From assembly GCA_964517875.1 (NCBI GenBank), contig CAZFEU010000001.1, positions 22,831 through 86,830 on the forward strand: a stretch of 64,000 bases of DNA, given 5' to 3'. The number at the start of each line of letters is the position of its first letter. Position 1 is the stretch's first letter. The notes below the pieces were generated by a model. It had not been told where the DNA came from. It was given only the letters and a program-made list of their open reading frames with translations, and ran no database searches. Of this stretch, positions 50,274 through 60,643 are shown in pieces. The DNA is from an uncultured Muribaculaceae bacterium (GTDB lineage Bacteria; Bacteroidota; Bacteroidia; Bacteroidales; Muribaculaceae). The position numbers were made by a program, and so were the translations under genes.

Positions 50274-51128
50274 ATGAAAATAATCAAAGGCATAATATCA
50301 GTAATGCTGCTTGCTCCCAACTTAGCATCAGCACAGACCATCGCCGATACATCAATCGACTTGCGCCCCGTGACATCGAGTTACACTGTAGGATTTGGCG
50401 CGGCATACCAGGCCGACACATATCTCACACCACTTAAATATGAGGGTGTGGCTTTTTCGCTCGATTACGAGCGATGGCAGGCCATGAAGTTCAACCCTCA
50501 ACAATGGGTGATGCGTCTTGCTTTTGAAATCAACTTTGACAAGGCCCACAATCCAGCTCACAATGCAACAATGTGGTACGGCGGTGTGGAAGCGTCTTGG
50601 TCAATGATGCATCGATGGACAATATTTCCAAAGCTTACTATCGGAGCCGGCCCAGCCACTTCTATTGATTTAGGCTGTTTATACAATCGTCGCAACGGCA
50701 ATAATCCAGCCTCCGCGAAAGCTGATTGGATGATAGGTGGTGAGGCTTTTGCCACTTACAAGTTAAAATTAGGGTCGCTTCCGATAACACTTGGATACCA
50801 TGCAAGTTTACCTTTAACAGGAGTATTCTTTGCTCCTGAGTATGGTGAGCTTTATTATGAAATATATCTTGGTGACCATTCGGGCCTTGCGCACTGGGGA
50901 TGGTGGGGCAACTATTTCACGTTTGACAATCGCATTACTGCCGACCTTCATTTTGGTGCAACAGCAATGCGACTCGGCTTCAATATTGATTACTCCACCA
51001 CATCAGCCAATCACATTGTAACGCGCAGCACACGCTATATGTTTCAGTTAGGCCTTACAGGAGAGTGGCTTTCGCTTAATCCGCGTTGCGCTTTCAACCA
51101 AAACTCAACAATAATATCAGCCTATTGA
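50274..51128 (+). CDS. Putative outer-membrane beta-barrel protein, family uncertain
   Basis: Signal peptide (LLAPNLASAQ), alternating aromatic/glycine-rich strands and a C-terminal aromatic residue (...ISAY). Confidence 0.4.
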   Translation: MKIIKGIISVMLLAPNLASAQTIADTSIDLRPVTSSYTVGFGAAYQADTYLTPLKYEGVAFSLDYERWQAMKFNPQQWVMRLAFEINFDKAHNPAHNATMWYGGVEASWSMMHRWTIFPKLTIGAGPATSIDLGCLYNRRNGNNPASAKADWMIGGEAFATYKLKLGSLPITLGYHASLPLTGVFFAPEYGELYYEIYLGDHSGLAHWGWWGNYFTFDNRITADLHFGATAMRLGFNIDYSTTSANHIVTRSTRYMFQLGLTGEWLSLNPRCAFNQNSTIISAY

Positions 51129-51130
51129 CC

Positions 51131-52159
51131 ATGCGGTATCTAAGAATTATCTACTGCCTCGCATTAGGGCTCGTGCTCAACGCATGTCACGACATACCCG
51201 AATATCAGGGTGATGTGTATGGCAATTTCGATGCACTTTGGACTATTGTTGACGAGCATTATTGTTTCTTCGAAGAGAAAGATATAGACTGGAATGAGGT
51301 GAGAGCCCGATATCGTCAACGCTTGTCCGACGACATGACATCACAAGAATTGTTTGATGTTTGTGCCGAAATGCTTGACGAACTCAAAGACGGTCACGTC
51401 AATCTTTCTTCCCCTTTCAACACATCGTATTATCATCAGTGGTGGAGCGATTATCCGCAAAACTACGATTCAAGGCTTGTTGAGCAATATTATTTCAATT
51501 TCAACTATCTTACAACCGGCTCAATCAAATACGGCATATTGACTCCCAACGTGGGGTATATGCGCTATCCGAGTTTCTCAGCTGCCATAGGCGAGGGGAA
51601 TCTTGATGCTATACTCACATATCTGGCCACCACCGACGGACTAATTATTGATGTACGCAATAACGGCGGAGGCGATCTCACCAACGTGGAGCGTCTTGTT
51701 GGACGCTTCATCAAGCAGCGCACACTTGCAGGTTATATATCCCATAAAACAGGTCCAGGTCATAACGACTTCTCAGAACCGAGGGCTTTTTACTACAATC
51801 CTGCCACTGATGGACATTTCCTTTGGGGTAAACCGGTGGTAGTGCTCACCAACCGCTCTACCTTCAGTGCCGCCAACAATTTTGTTTCGATAATGAAACT
51901 ACTTCCAGGAGTCACTATAGTAGGCGCTACCACTGGAGGAGGAAGTGGAATGCCTTACTCATCCGAACTTCCTTGTGGCTGGACAATACGCTGCTCCGCA
52001 TGCTCAGTGCTTGACGCACTTGGACAAAGCACTGAATCAGGAGTAGCTCCCTCTGTGGGTTGCGAAGTCGATATGAACCCTGAGCTTGAATTACAAGGGA
52101 TTGACACTATGCTCGATTTCGCTATTTCAATAATCACATCAAATAATCTTGATAATTAA
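51131..52159 (+). CDS. S41-family peptidase lipoprotein
   Basis: Lipobox LVLNAC, an IIDVRNNGGGD motif and the Ser-nucleophile region RSTFSAANNF. The start is set at ATG 51131. Confidence 0.75.
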   Translation: MRYLRIIYCLALGLVLNACHDIPEYQGDVYGNFDALWTIVDEHYCFFEEKDIDWNEVRARYRQRLSDDMTSQELFDVCAEMLDELKDGHVNLSSPFNTSYYHQWWSDYPQNYDSRLVEQYYFNFNYLTTGSIKYGILTPNVGYMRYPSFSAAIGEGNLDAILTYLATTDGLIIDVRNNGGGDLTNVERLVGRFIKQRTLAGYISHKTGPGHNDFSEPRAFYYNPATDGHFLWGKPVVVLTNRSTFSAANNFVSIMKLLPGVTIVGATTGGGSGMPYSSELPCGWTIRCSACSVLDALGQSTESGVAPSVGCEVDMNPELELQGIDTMLDFAISIITSNNLDN

Positions 52160-52184
52160 CGATATAACAATACCACACCGAGTA

Positions 52185-52829
52185 ATGAAAAGAATCGGCA
52201 AACTGTATTTCCGTTACGGCACTATGGGCTCGGCAAAAACCGCCCTACTTTTGACCACGGCATATAACTTTGAGGAGCGTCACATGAATTATGTGTGCAT
52301 GAAACCATGCATTGATACTCGTGAATCGGTTAATGTGATACGATCGCGTATCGGCATTGAGCGCGAGTGCCAGTGGATTTATCCCGACACAGATCTATAC
52401 GTTAAAGCCCGTGAACTATTTGAAGAAGCAGGCCATATAATCGAGTGGTTTCTAATCGATGAAGCACAATTTCTCACAGAGGAGCAGGTTGACCAGCTGT
52501 CGCGTGTGGTTGACCGCTATGGTACTAATGTGATGTGCTATGGACTAAGAACAGACTTCCAGAGCCACCTGTTTGAAGGATCACGCAGACTATTTGAAAT
52601 AGCCGACACAATTGAGGAAGTGAAGTCAACCTGCACATGTGGCCATAAGACTATAATAAATGCGCGTATCGACTCGAATGGCGATATTGTAGACCAAGGA
52701 GCTCAGGTGGAGATTGGTGGTGACGAACGCTATATAGCAGTGTGCCGTAACTGTTGGCGTCATCGACGCATCGAGCAGGCACAGCGCCATGTGCTGCCTT
52801 TCATCGAGGATAACGCCGATGATATTTAA
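52185..52829 (+). CDS. tdk: Thymidine kinase
   Basis: P-loop GTMGSAKTA, IDEAQF and a C-terminal zinc ribbon (CTCG...CRNC). The start is set at MKRIGKLYF. Confidence 0.9.
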   Translation: MKRIGKLYFRYGTMGSAKTALLLTTAYNFEERHMNYVCMKPCIDTRESVNVIRSRIGIERECQWIYPDTDLYVKARELFEEAGHIIEWFLIDEAQFLTEEQVDQLSRVVDRYGTNVMCYGLRTDFQSHLFEGSRRLFEIADTIEEVKSTCTCGHKTIINARIDSNGDIVDQGAQVEIGGDERYIAVCRNCWRHRRIEQAQRHVLPFIEDNADDI

Positions 52830-52853
52830 GAAACACACGTTGTACGATATATT

Positions 52854-53621
52854 ATGAAACGTCATATCTTTGTTTTATTCTTCATTTTTGCCGCTTTTTG
52901 GGGATTGAAGGCCACAGTACCATCCAATCTCAAAAATGAGACACTTAACTATAAAGTGATGTATCGCTGGGGTCTGATTCATAAGCAGGCCGGTACAGCA
53001 CGACTTTCAATCACCACTCACGGCGCTCATTACAACACGCTCCTTACAGCGCGTTCCGATCCATGGGCCGACCGTTACTATCGCTTACGCGACACACTGT
53101 CGGGTACAATAACCCGCAAGGGCTTCATACCACAGAAATATGAAAACATAGCCCATGAGGATGGTGACTATAAGCACGATGTAATCACTTATCGTCATTC
53201 GGGAAACAATGCAAGTGCCACTTGTATCAGGAAAGTCAAAAAGAAAAAAGATACTCAACTCACTACCAAAACCACACATCTTGAGGTATCAGGGGTGGCA
53301 CTGGACATGCTTTCTATGTATTATTATATGCGCTATCTCGACTATGACAAGATGTCGAAGGGAACAACTACTAAACTGCACATTTTCTCAGGAAGCAAAA
53401 AAGAGCTACTCACAATAGTATTTGATGGTAAAGAGACCATCAAGTATGACAATAAAACTTACCATACTTACCACATAAAATTCACCTTCACCACTGATAG
53501 TGGTAAAGAGACATCAAGCCCGATGGAGGCATGGATTTCGGCCGACGAAGCTCGAATACCACTAAAACTCGAAGGAAAATTAAAAGTTGGAAAGGTGCAG
53601 TGTCTGTATACCGGTCACTAA
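52854..53621 (+). CDS. DUF3108-like secreted protein
   Basis: Signal peptide and the pattern LNYKVMYRWGLIHKQAGTARL...ARIPLKLEGKLKVGKV. Family recognition is from memory. Confidence 0.55.
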   Translation: MKRHIFVLFFIFAAFWGLKATVPSNLKNETLNYKVMYRWGLIHKQAGTARLSITTHGAHYNTLLTARSDPWADRYYRLRDTLSGTITRKGFIPQKYENIAHEDGDYKHDVITYRHSGNNASATCIRKVKKKKDTQLTTKTTHLEVSGVALDMLSMYYYMRYLDYDKMSKGTTTKLHIFSGSKKELLTIVFDGKETIKYDNKTYHTYHIKFTFTTDSGKETSSPMEAWISADEARIPLKLEGKLKVGKVQCLYTGH

Positions 53622-53690
53622 TTTCAGGGCACCTCAAACAATAAAGTCTTCGAAATCACAATATATGACGCTGAATTACTATATTTTTCG

Positions 53691-53698
53691 TAATTTTG
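53691..53698 (+). promoter_or_regulatory. Candidate -7 promoter element (TAatTTTG) for valS
   Basis: TAnnTTTG match 38 nt upstream of the ATG at 53736. Confidence 0.3.
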
Positions 53699-53735
53699 CG
53701 CGAATAATTTAAAAACAATTGTAAACACTTCAGAT

Positions 53736-56435
53736 ATGAATGAGTTAGCCACCAAATACAATCCAGCAGATGTTGAGGAGAAATGGTATGCTTATTGGTT
53801 GAAGCATAAACTGTTTCATTCAGAGCCCGATCCCGAGCGCGAACCCTATACCATAGTAATTCCTCCGCCCAACGTTACCGGAGTGCTCCACATGGGGCAT
53901 ATGCTCAACAACACAATACAGGACGTTCTGATACGACGAGCACGTCAACAGGGCAAAAACGCACTGTGGGTACCCGGCACCGACCACGCATCAATAGCTA
54001 CCGAAGCCAAGGTGGTAGGTAAGCTCGCAAAGCAAGGTATAAAAAAATCAGACCTCACCCGCGAGCAATTTCTGGAACATGCTTGGGAATGGACTCGGGA
54101 GCACGGTGGTATAATACTTGAGCAGCTCAAGAAACTTGGAGCATCTTGCGATTGGGACCGTACCGCATTCACAATGGATGAGAAGCGATCGGCAAGTGTA
54201 AACAAGGTGTTTGTCGACCTATACAATAAGGGCCTTATTTACCGCGGCCTTCGCATGGTAAACTGGGATCCTGAAGCAAAAACCGCGCTCTCCAACGAGG
54301 AGGTGATCTACAAGGATGAGCACTCCAAGCTCTACTACTTACGCTATTATGTAGCCGACGACGATATGACAGGCGAGACTGGCGATGAGGCCGAAATTGT
54401 GCACCGTGATGCTCAAGGTCGTCGTTATGCCGTTGTAGCCACAACCCGCCCTGAAACCATCATGGGTGATACAGCGATGTGTATCAATCCCAAGGATCCT
54501 AAAAATCGCTGGCTTGCCGGTAAAAAAGTAATTGTACCTCTGGTAGGCCGTGTCATTCCTGTAATCGAGGACCGTTATGTGGATGTACAATTTGGCACAG
54601 GATGCCTTAAAGTAACCCCGGCTCACGATGTTAACGACAATATGCTCGGCAAAACTCACAACCTGGAAACAATCGATATATTCAATCCGGATGGTACCAT
54701 TTCTGAAGAAGCAGGCTTATACATCGGTATGGACAGATTCGACGTACGCCGTAAAATAGCTGAAGATCTGGAAGCCGCAGGGTTGATGGAGAAGGTGGAG
54801 GACTACAACAATAAAGTAGGCTACTCTGAACGCACAAACGTGCCTATCGAACCAAGGCTATGCCTTCAGTGGTTCCTCAAGATGCAGCACTTTGCCGACA
54901 TCGCACTTCCTCCGGTAATGAACGATGAGCTTAAATTCTATCCATCAAAATATAAGAGTACTTATCGCAACTGGCTTGAGAACATCCAGGACTGGTGCAT
55001 AAGCCGACAACTATGGTGGGGCCATCGAATACCTGCCTACTATCTGCCCCAAGCCGAAGGAGAGGATGAGCAATTTGTAGTAGCTGAGACCGCCGAGGAA
55101 GCCCTGCGACTTGCCCGCATTAAAACAGGTAACGATAATCTACAGCTCGAAGACCTTACACAGGACCCCAATGCCCTTGACACATGGTTTAGCTCATGGC
55201 TATGGCCTGTGTCGCTGTTCGATGGAATCGAAAATCCCGACAATGAGGAAATAAAATATTATTATCCTACAAGCGACCTTGTAACCGGCCCCGACATCAT
55301 TTTCTTCTGGGTATCGCGAATGATTATGGCAGGGTATGAGTATCAGGGTAACATGCCATTCCGCAACGTATACTTCACAGGTATAGTGCGTGACAAGCTT
55401 GGCCGCAAGATGTCAAAGTCGCTGGGCAACTCGCCAGATCCATTGGAACTTATTGCCAAGTATGGAGCCGACGGAGTGCGCATGGGTATGCTGCTTTCAG
55501 CACCTGCGGGCAATGACATCCTCTACGATGATAAACTTTGTGAACAGGGTCGAAATTTCTGCAATAAGATTTGGAATGCATTCCGTCTCGTTAAGGGTTG
55601 GGAAGTAAAAGATAATTTAGAGCAACCTAAGGATGCCGCAGAAGCTATATCATGGTTCGGACAGAAACTCAACGCTACCGTTGCAGAGCTTGACGATTTA
55701 TTCTCTAAATTCCGTCTGTCAGAAGCTTTGATGGTGGTTTATCGTCTATTCTGGGACGAATTTTCTTCCTGGTATCTCGAAATGGTGAAACCCGCTTATC
55801 AGCAACCCATTGATGCCACAACATATAAAGCTACTTTAAGCTATTTCGATTCATTGCTTCGGCTGCTCCACCCATTCATGCCATTCATCACCGAGGAATT
55901 GTGGCAGCACCTTGAAGACCGGAAAGATGGTGAATCAATTATGTATGCGCCCATGCCCCATGCCGGTGAAATCAACAAGACAATCCTCGACAATATGGAG
56001 ATTGCAAAGGAAATTGTCAACGGAGTGAGAGGCGTTCGTGCATCAAAACAGATTTCACCACGTGAGGCACTTACTCTCAATGTCATATCCACAGAGTTTA
56101 AGGTGCCTGATACAGATGTAGTGAAGAAACTCGCCAATCTTGAAGCCATCAACAATGTTGATAGCTCAGACCCAGCGGCCGCTTTGTTTATGGTAGGTAC
56201 TACGGAGTACAATGTACCTCTTACACAGTCAATTGATGTGGAGGCTGAGCGCGCACGTATCGAGAAGGATATCAACTATTACGAGGGGTTCTTAGCTTCC
56301 GTGCTAAAGAAACTATCAAATGAAAGATTTGTAAGCAACGCGCCTGCCGCAGTAGTTGATGGTGAACGCCGCAAACAGGCTGATGCCGAGGCACGTCTTA
56401 AGACATTAAGAGCCAATCTTGAAGCATTGAAATAA
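53736..56435 (+). CDS. valS: Valine-tRNA ligase
   Basis: 899 aa with [13 protein letters not shown] (the HIGH motif), KMSKSLGN and a C-terminal coiled coil. Confidence 0.95.
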   Translation: MNELATKYNPADVEEKWYAYWLKHKLFHSEPDPEREPYTIVIPPPNVTGVLHMGHMLNNTIQDVLIRRARQQGKNALWVPGTDHASIATEAKVVGKLAKQGIKKSDLTREQFLEHAWEWTREHGGIILEQLKKLGASCDWDRTAFTMDEKRSASVNKVFVDLYNKGLIYRGLRMVNWDPEAKTALSNEEVIYKDEHSKLYYLRYYVADDDMTGETGDEAEIVHRDAQGRRYAVVATTRPETIMGDTAMCINPKDPKNRWLAGKKVIVPLVGRVIPVIEDRYVDVQFGTGCLKVTPAHDVNDNMLGKTHNLETIDIFNPDGTISEEAGLYIGMDRFDVRRKIAEDLEAAGLMEKVEDYNNKVGYSERTNVPIEPRLCLQWFLKMQHFADIALPPVMNDELKFYPSKYKSTYRNWLENIQDWCISRQLWWGHRIPAYYLPQAEGEDEQFVVAETAEEALRLARIKTGNDNLQLEDLTQDPNALDTWFSSWLWPVSLFDGIENPDNEEIKYYYPTSDLVTGPDIIFFWVSRMIMAGYEYQGNMPFRNVYFTGIVRDKLGRKMSKSLGNSPDPLELIAKYGADGVRMGMLLSAPAGNDILYDDKLCEQGRNFCNKIWNAFRLVKGWEVKDNLEQPKDAAEAISWFGQKLNATVAELDDLFSKFRLSEALMVVYRLFWDEFSSWYLEMVKPAYQQPIDATTYKATLSYFDSLLRLLHPFMPFITEELWQHLEDRKDGESIMYAPMPHAGEINKTILDNMEIAKEIVNGVRGVRASKQISPREALTLNVISTEFKVPDTDVVKKLANLEAINNVDSSDPAAALFMVGTTEYNVPLTQSIDVEAERARIEKDINYYEGFLASVLKKLSNERFVSNAPAAVVDGERRKQADAEARLKTLRANLEALK

Positions 56436-56436
56436 T

Positions 56437-57219
56437 ATGTTCCGCATAGTCGAAAAGGAGTATTTCTCGGAGAAGGTTGTAAAACTTGTAGTTGAAGCCC
56501 CCGAGATAGCTCGAGCACGTCGTGCCGGCCATTTTGTGATAGTGCGCTGTGGCAAAGAGGGGGAGCGAATCCCATTAACCATAGCCGATTCTGATGTCAA
56601 CCGAGGTACAATCACGCTTGTTATTCAGGCTGTCGGTTACTCCACCACCAAAATTTGTGCCCTCGAGGTAGGTGACGAATTTACCGATCTCGTGGGTCCG
56701 CTTGGCAGAGCGACACATATTGAGAAATTTGGCACTGTAGTTTGTTGCGGTGGTGGAGTAGGGGTGGCGCCTTTGCTCCCTATCATTAAGGCCATGAAAG
56801 AAGCCGGCAACAAAGTTATTACAGTATTGGCCGCACGAACCCGCGAGCTTGTAATACTTGAAGAGCAAGTAGCTCCATATAGCGATGAAGTAATAGTGAT
56901 GACCGATGATGGTTCGTATGGCCGCAAGGGACTTGTAACCGCTGGTGTGGAAGACGTCATCCAGCGTGAACATGTTGACATGGTGGTTACTATCGGACCC
57001 GCAATTATGATGAAATTCGTATCGCTGCTCACAAAGAAATATGAAGTCCCAACTGTGTGCTCTCTTAATACTATTATGGTTGATGGTACGGGTATGTGTG
57101 GCGCTTGTCGAGTGACAGTGGACGGTAAGACCCGATTTGTATGCATCGATGGCCCTGAATTTGACGCTCATCAGGTAGACTTCGATGAAATGATGATGAG
57201 ATTAAGGTCATATAACTAA
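56437..57219 (+). CDS. Sulfide/dihydroorotate dehydrogenase-like FAD/NAD-binding subunit (NfnA/SudB-like)
   Basis: 260 aa with [17 protein letters not shown] and a C-terminal 2Fe-2S Cys motif (CGACRV...C). It sits upstream of, and overlaps, a GltD-like subunit. Confidence 0.75.
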   Translation: MFRIVEKEYFSEKVVKLVVEAPEIARARRAGHFVIVRCGKEGERIPLTIADSDVNRGTITLVIQAVGYSTTKICALEVGDEFTDLVGPLGRATHIEKFGTVVCCGGGVGVAPLLPIIKAMKEAGNKVITVLAARTRELVILEEQVAPYSDEVIVMTDDGSYGRKGLVTAGVEDVIQREHVDMVVTIGPAIMMKFVSLLTKKYEVPTVCSLNTIMVDGTGMCGACRVTVDGKTRFVCIDGPEFDAHQVDFDEMMMRLRSYN

Positions 57220-58646
57220 TGATTACCATGACTGCAAAAGAACGTACTGCCATACCAAGGGTGAAGATGCCTCAGCTTGATGCCGCTTACAGCATAACTT
57301 GCAACGAAGAGGTCAACCAAGGTATATCACCTGAGCAAGCTGTAACTGAAGCAAATCGTTGTCTCACTTGTGCCAACCCTCAGTGTGTCACCGGTTGTCC
57401 GGTTAGCATCGACATCCCCGGCTTTATAAAACATATACAGAATAGCCACTTTTTAGAGGCCGCAAAAGTATTAAAACTCACCAGCACACTCCCCGCAGTA
57501 TGTGGTAGGGTGTGCCCCCAAGAAAGGCAATGCGAATCGAAGTGCATATACAATCGTATGAAGCTACCTCCGGTGGCGATAGGTTACTTGGAACGCTTTG
57601 CCGCCGACTTCGAGCGCAATGTAGGTATTCAGACAAAGGAAAAATCAGCTGAACCTGTCAAACATAACGGGCCGAAAGTTGCTGTGATTGGCTCAGGGCC
57701 TGCAGGCCTTACTTTTGCCGGCGAAATGGCAAAAAAAGGCTATCAAGTTACTGTTTACGAGGCATTGCACGAGATAGGAGGTGTACTTAAATACGGAATC
57801 CCGGAATTCCGCTTACCCAACGATATTGTAGATTATGAAATCAATGCCCTTAGAAAACAGGGTGTAGAATTTGTAAAAGATACAGTAATCGGTAAGACGC
57901 TCAGCTATGACGACCTCAAAGCGATGGGATTTAAAGGTGTATTTGCTGCCTCGGGAGCGGGCTTGCCGCGATTTATGGGTATTCCAGGCGAAAACCTAAA
58001 TGGTGTAATGTCATCTAACGAGTATCTTACTCGCATCAATCTCATGCACGCTGGTCATGGTGGTGACACTCCCGTTTACCACGGAAAATGTGTAGCGATC
58101 ATCGGTGGAGGCAACACGGCAATGGACTCATGTCGCACAGCCCGACGCATGGGAGCTGAGCGGGTATTTGTGGTATATCGCCGTAGCGAGGCTGAGATGC
58201 CGGCTCGAATCGAAGAGGTAGTACACGCCAAGGAAGAGGGCATTGAATTTCTCACCTTACACAATCCTGTGGAATACCTTGGCGATGAACAAGGTCGCGT
58301 CAGAGCGATGCGAGTACAACGAATGGAGCTTGGCCAACCTGACGAATCGGGTCGTCGGTCTCCTGTACCCGTGGAGGGAGCAATTGATGAGCTACCTGTC
58401 GATATGGTGATTGTGAGTGTGGGCGTAAGCCCCAACCCACTTATACCTAACGCAATTAGTGGTCTTAGTATAAGTCGCCGTGGAACGATAGAGGTTGACC
58501 CACAAACTATGGAATCGTCAATTCCTCAAATCTATGCAGGAGGCGACATTACGCGAGGTGGGGCTACAGTAATCCTTGCCATGGGTGATGGCCGACGAGC
58601 CGCTGAAGCAATGGATAAAAAGTTAAAACTTCAGCCGATTAACTAA
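57219..58646 (+). CDS. NADPH-dependent glutamate synthase small-chain-like oxidoreductase (NfnB/SudA/GltD-like)
   Basis: 475 aa with N-terminal Fe-S Cys motifs (CLTCANPQCVTGCP, CGRVCPQERQCESKC) and two dinucleotide-binding motifs (VIGSGPAGL, IIGGGNTAMD). Confidence 0.8.
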   Translation: MITMTAKERTAIPRVKMPQLDAAYSITCNEEVNQGISPEQAVTEANRCLTCANPQCVTGCPVSIDIPGFIKHIQNSHFLEAAKVLKLTSTLPAVCGRVCPQERQCESKCIYNRMKLPPVAIGYLERFAADFERNVGIQTKEKSAEPVKHNGPKVAVIGSGPAGLTFAGEMAKKGYQVTVYEALHEIGGVLKYGIPEFRLPNDIVDYEINALRKQGVEFVKDTVIGKTLSYDDLKAMGFKGVFAASGAGLPRFMGIPGENLNGVMSSNEYLTRINLMHAGHGGDTPVYHGKCVAIIGGGNTAMDSCRTARRMGAERVFVVYRRSEAEMPARIEEVVHAKEEGIEFLTLHNPVEYLGDEQGRVRAMRVQRMELGQPDESGRRSPVPVEGAIDELPVDMVIVSVGVSPNPLIPNAISGLSISRRGTIEVDPQTMESSIPQIYAGGDITRGGATVILAMGDGRRAAEAMDKKLKLQPIN

Positions 58647-58798
58647 ATTAACTTAAAATTCAGTATGCTTCCACAATAATATTAAAGTATTAGCGATAAT
58701 AATTAAAGGCTTTTAATTCCTTCAACTCTGTAAAGGTCTTAAAAGCCTTTAATCATTAATGAGAGTAATACCTTTTAGTTTCAATAATCAATCCCACT

Positions 58799-60226
58799 AT
58801 GAAAATTACTTCGTTACTTGCCGCCACAGCCATGATGACCACGTCAGTGGCAGTTGCGGGAACATCGGGAGTCCCCTCCGATTTTACTAAAGCTGCCGAG
58901 TCAACCGTTAATGGCGTGGTATCAATCAAGAGTTATGCATCGCCCAGAGCCTACAGCAGCCAGGGGGATTTCTTCAACGATCCTTTCTTTGAATTTTTCT
59001 TTGGTTCGCCGCGTCAGGGTCAGCGTGACCGACAACAGCAACAACCCAAGCAACGTCAAACAGGACTTGGATCGGGTGTAATCCTTTCTACCGATGGATA
59101 TATCGTCACTAACAATCATGTGATTGATGGAGCTGAACGTCTTGAAATCACCCTCAACGATAATCGTAATTTTGAAGCAACAATAATAGGTGCTGACCCC
59201 TTGACCGACGTGGCGCTTATTAAAATCGAAGCAACCGATCTCCACGTTATTCCGATGGGAAACTCAGAGGATCTTAAAATAGGTGAGTGGGTTCTTGCAG
59301 TAGGCAATCCATTCGGATTTACCTCTACGGTAACGGCAGGAATAGTCAGTGCCAAGGGCCGTAACATATCATCTCTTACCGGCACGTCTCGCGGACAGAG
59401 TGGAATCGAGTCATTTATTCAGACCGACGCTGCCGTCAATCCAGGCAATTCAGGTGGTGCACTCGTCAATCTTGATGGTCAGCTTGTGGGTATTAACACT
59501 GCAATATACTCACAAACCGGCAACTACGCAGGCTATTCTTTCGCAGTACCCACTTCAATCGTAAAGAAAATTGTGGCCGACATCAAGGAGTTTGGATCGG
59601 TGCAACGAGCTGTGCTTGGGATTGCATTCGGAGAACTCACTCCAGAACTCGCCAAGGAGAAAGATATCACTGAAACTGCCTATGGACTATATGTAGGCCA
59701 GGTAAATGATCGTTCGGCCGCAATGGAAGCCGGCATAGAGGTAGGTGACGTAATTATTGCGATAGATGGCGTTCCAACACGCAATACAGCCGATCTGCAA
59801 GAAACCATGGCAACAAAACGCCCGGGCGACACAATTAATTTAGAGTACGTGCGCAATAACAAACGCTTCAGTAAGACGGTGACTTTGCGCAATGCTGATG
59901 GCACCACCACTGTGAAACGCACTGAAGATTGGAATTCTGCACTTGGGTGCTCATTCCTCAAGGTATCTGACGAAAAACTTAAACGACTTGAGATTTCCTC
60001 AGGCGTAGAGGTGACAGGTGTTCAAGCCGGACGTTTCCAGGATGCCGGAGTGCGCAGTGGATTCTTAATCACCACCATCAACGGCGATAGAGTGAAAACC
60101 CCTGATGATGTGAAGCGTATATACGATAATATTATGAAATCAAGTGAAGATAGCCGAGTAATGTTTATCGAAGGTGTCTACACAACCGGAAAGAAAGATT
60201 ATTACGCTGTAAACCTTGGTGAATAA
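58799..60226 (+). CDS. htrA: Do/HtrA-family periplasmic serine endopeptidase with two PDZ domains
   Basis: Signal peptide and the catalytic triad context (TNNHV, DVALIK, GNSGGAL), then two PDZ-like segments. Confidence 0.9.
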   Translation: MKITSLLAATAMMTTSVAVAGTSGVPSDFTKAAESTVNGVVSIKSYASPRAYSSQGDFFNDPFFEFFFGSPRQGQRDRQQQQPKQRQTGLGSGVILSTDGYIVTNNHVIDGAERLEITLNDNRNFEATIIGADPLTDVALIKIEATDLHVIPMGNSEDLKIGEWVLAVGNPFGFTSTVTAGIVSAKGRNISSLTGTSRGQSGIESFIQTDAAVNPGNSGGALVNLDGQLVGINTAIYSQTGNYAGYSFAVPTSIVKKIVADIKEFGSVQRAVLGIAFGELTPELAKEKDITETAYGLYVGQVNDRSAAMEAGIEVGDVIIAIDGVPTRNTADLQETMATKRPGDTINLEYVRNNKRFSKTVTLRNADGTTTVKRTEDWNSALGCSFLKVSDEKLKRLEISSGVEVTGVQAGRFQDAGVRSGFLITTINGDRVKTPDDVKRIYDNIMKSSEDSRVMFIEGVYTTGKKDYYAVNLGE

Positions 60227-60254
60227 CTTCTGACTTATATACATTTAATAGCAC

Positions 60255-60288
60255 GAGAGGCTGTCCGGTTATCATTGGGCAGCCTCTC
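60255..60288 (+). terminator. Stem-loop downstream of htrA (candidate terminator)
   Basis: 12-bp stem GAGAGGCTGTCC/GGGCAGCCTCTC (one G-U pair) with a 10-nt loop, followed by a moderately T-rich tract. Confidence 0.45.
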
Positions 60289-60320
60289 ACAGTTTATATC
60301 TTTAAAATATATAATGTGCA

Positions 60321-60614
60321 TTAAATAGTGCGTTCAACCGACCAGACAAAAGCTCGTAATCCGAGTTTGGGAGTCTCCAGATCCATAGCGTGTAGCGCAT
60401 TGAGTACGTTGTCAACACGCGAATCTTCGACCATCGTGAGTATTGAACATGCCATAGATGGCCATGCGTGCGATCCGTAATGAGGTTCACCGTTCACCGA
60501 ACCGCGCCCTTGCACCTGCTCCCATGCGGTGAAGCCACGGCAGTTGCTTTTTTCGAGCATAGTGATTATACGGTCATAATATGCCTGGTCAAATGCTATA
60601 AATATTGCTTTCAC
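60321..60614 (-). CDS. Small PII-like transporter-associated protein (PG0541-like)
   Basis: 97-aa cytoplasmic ORF immediately downstream of an RND permease. The family name is recalled from Bacteroidetes annotations and is not verified. Confidence 0.45.
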   Translation of the reverse strand: MKAIFIAFDQAYYDRIITMLEKSNCRGFTAWEQVQGRGSVNGEPHYGSHAWPSMACSILTMVEDSRVDNVLNALHAMDLETPKLGLRAFVWSVERTI

Positions 60615-60643
60615 GATATTTGTAAAGTAAGATGATTAACTAA

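Noticed and set aside
56437-58646. The FAD/NAD-binding subunit plus GltD-like pair as something novel
   Set aside because: The architecture matches the well-known NfnAB/SudAB-type two-subunit NADPH oxidoreductases, which are common in anaerobes. This is ordinary core metabolism.
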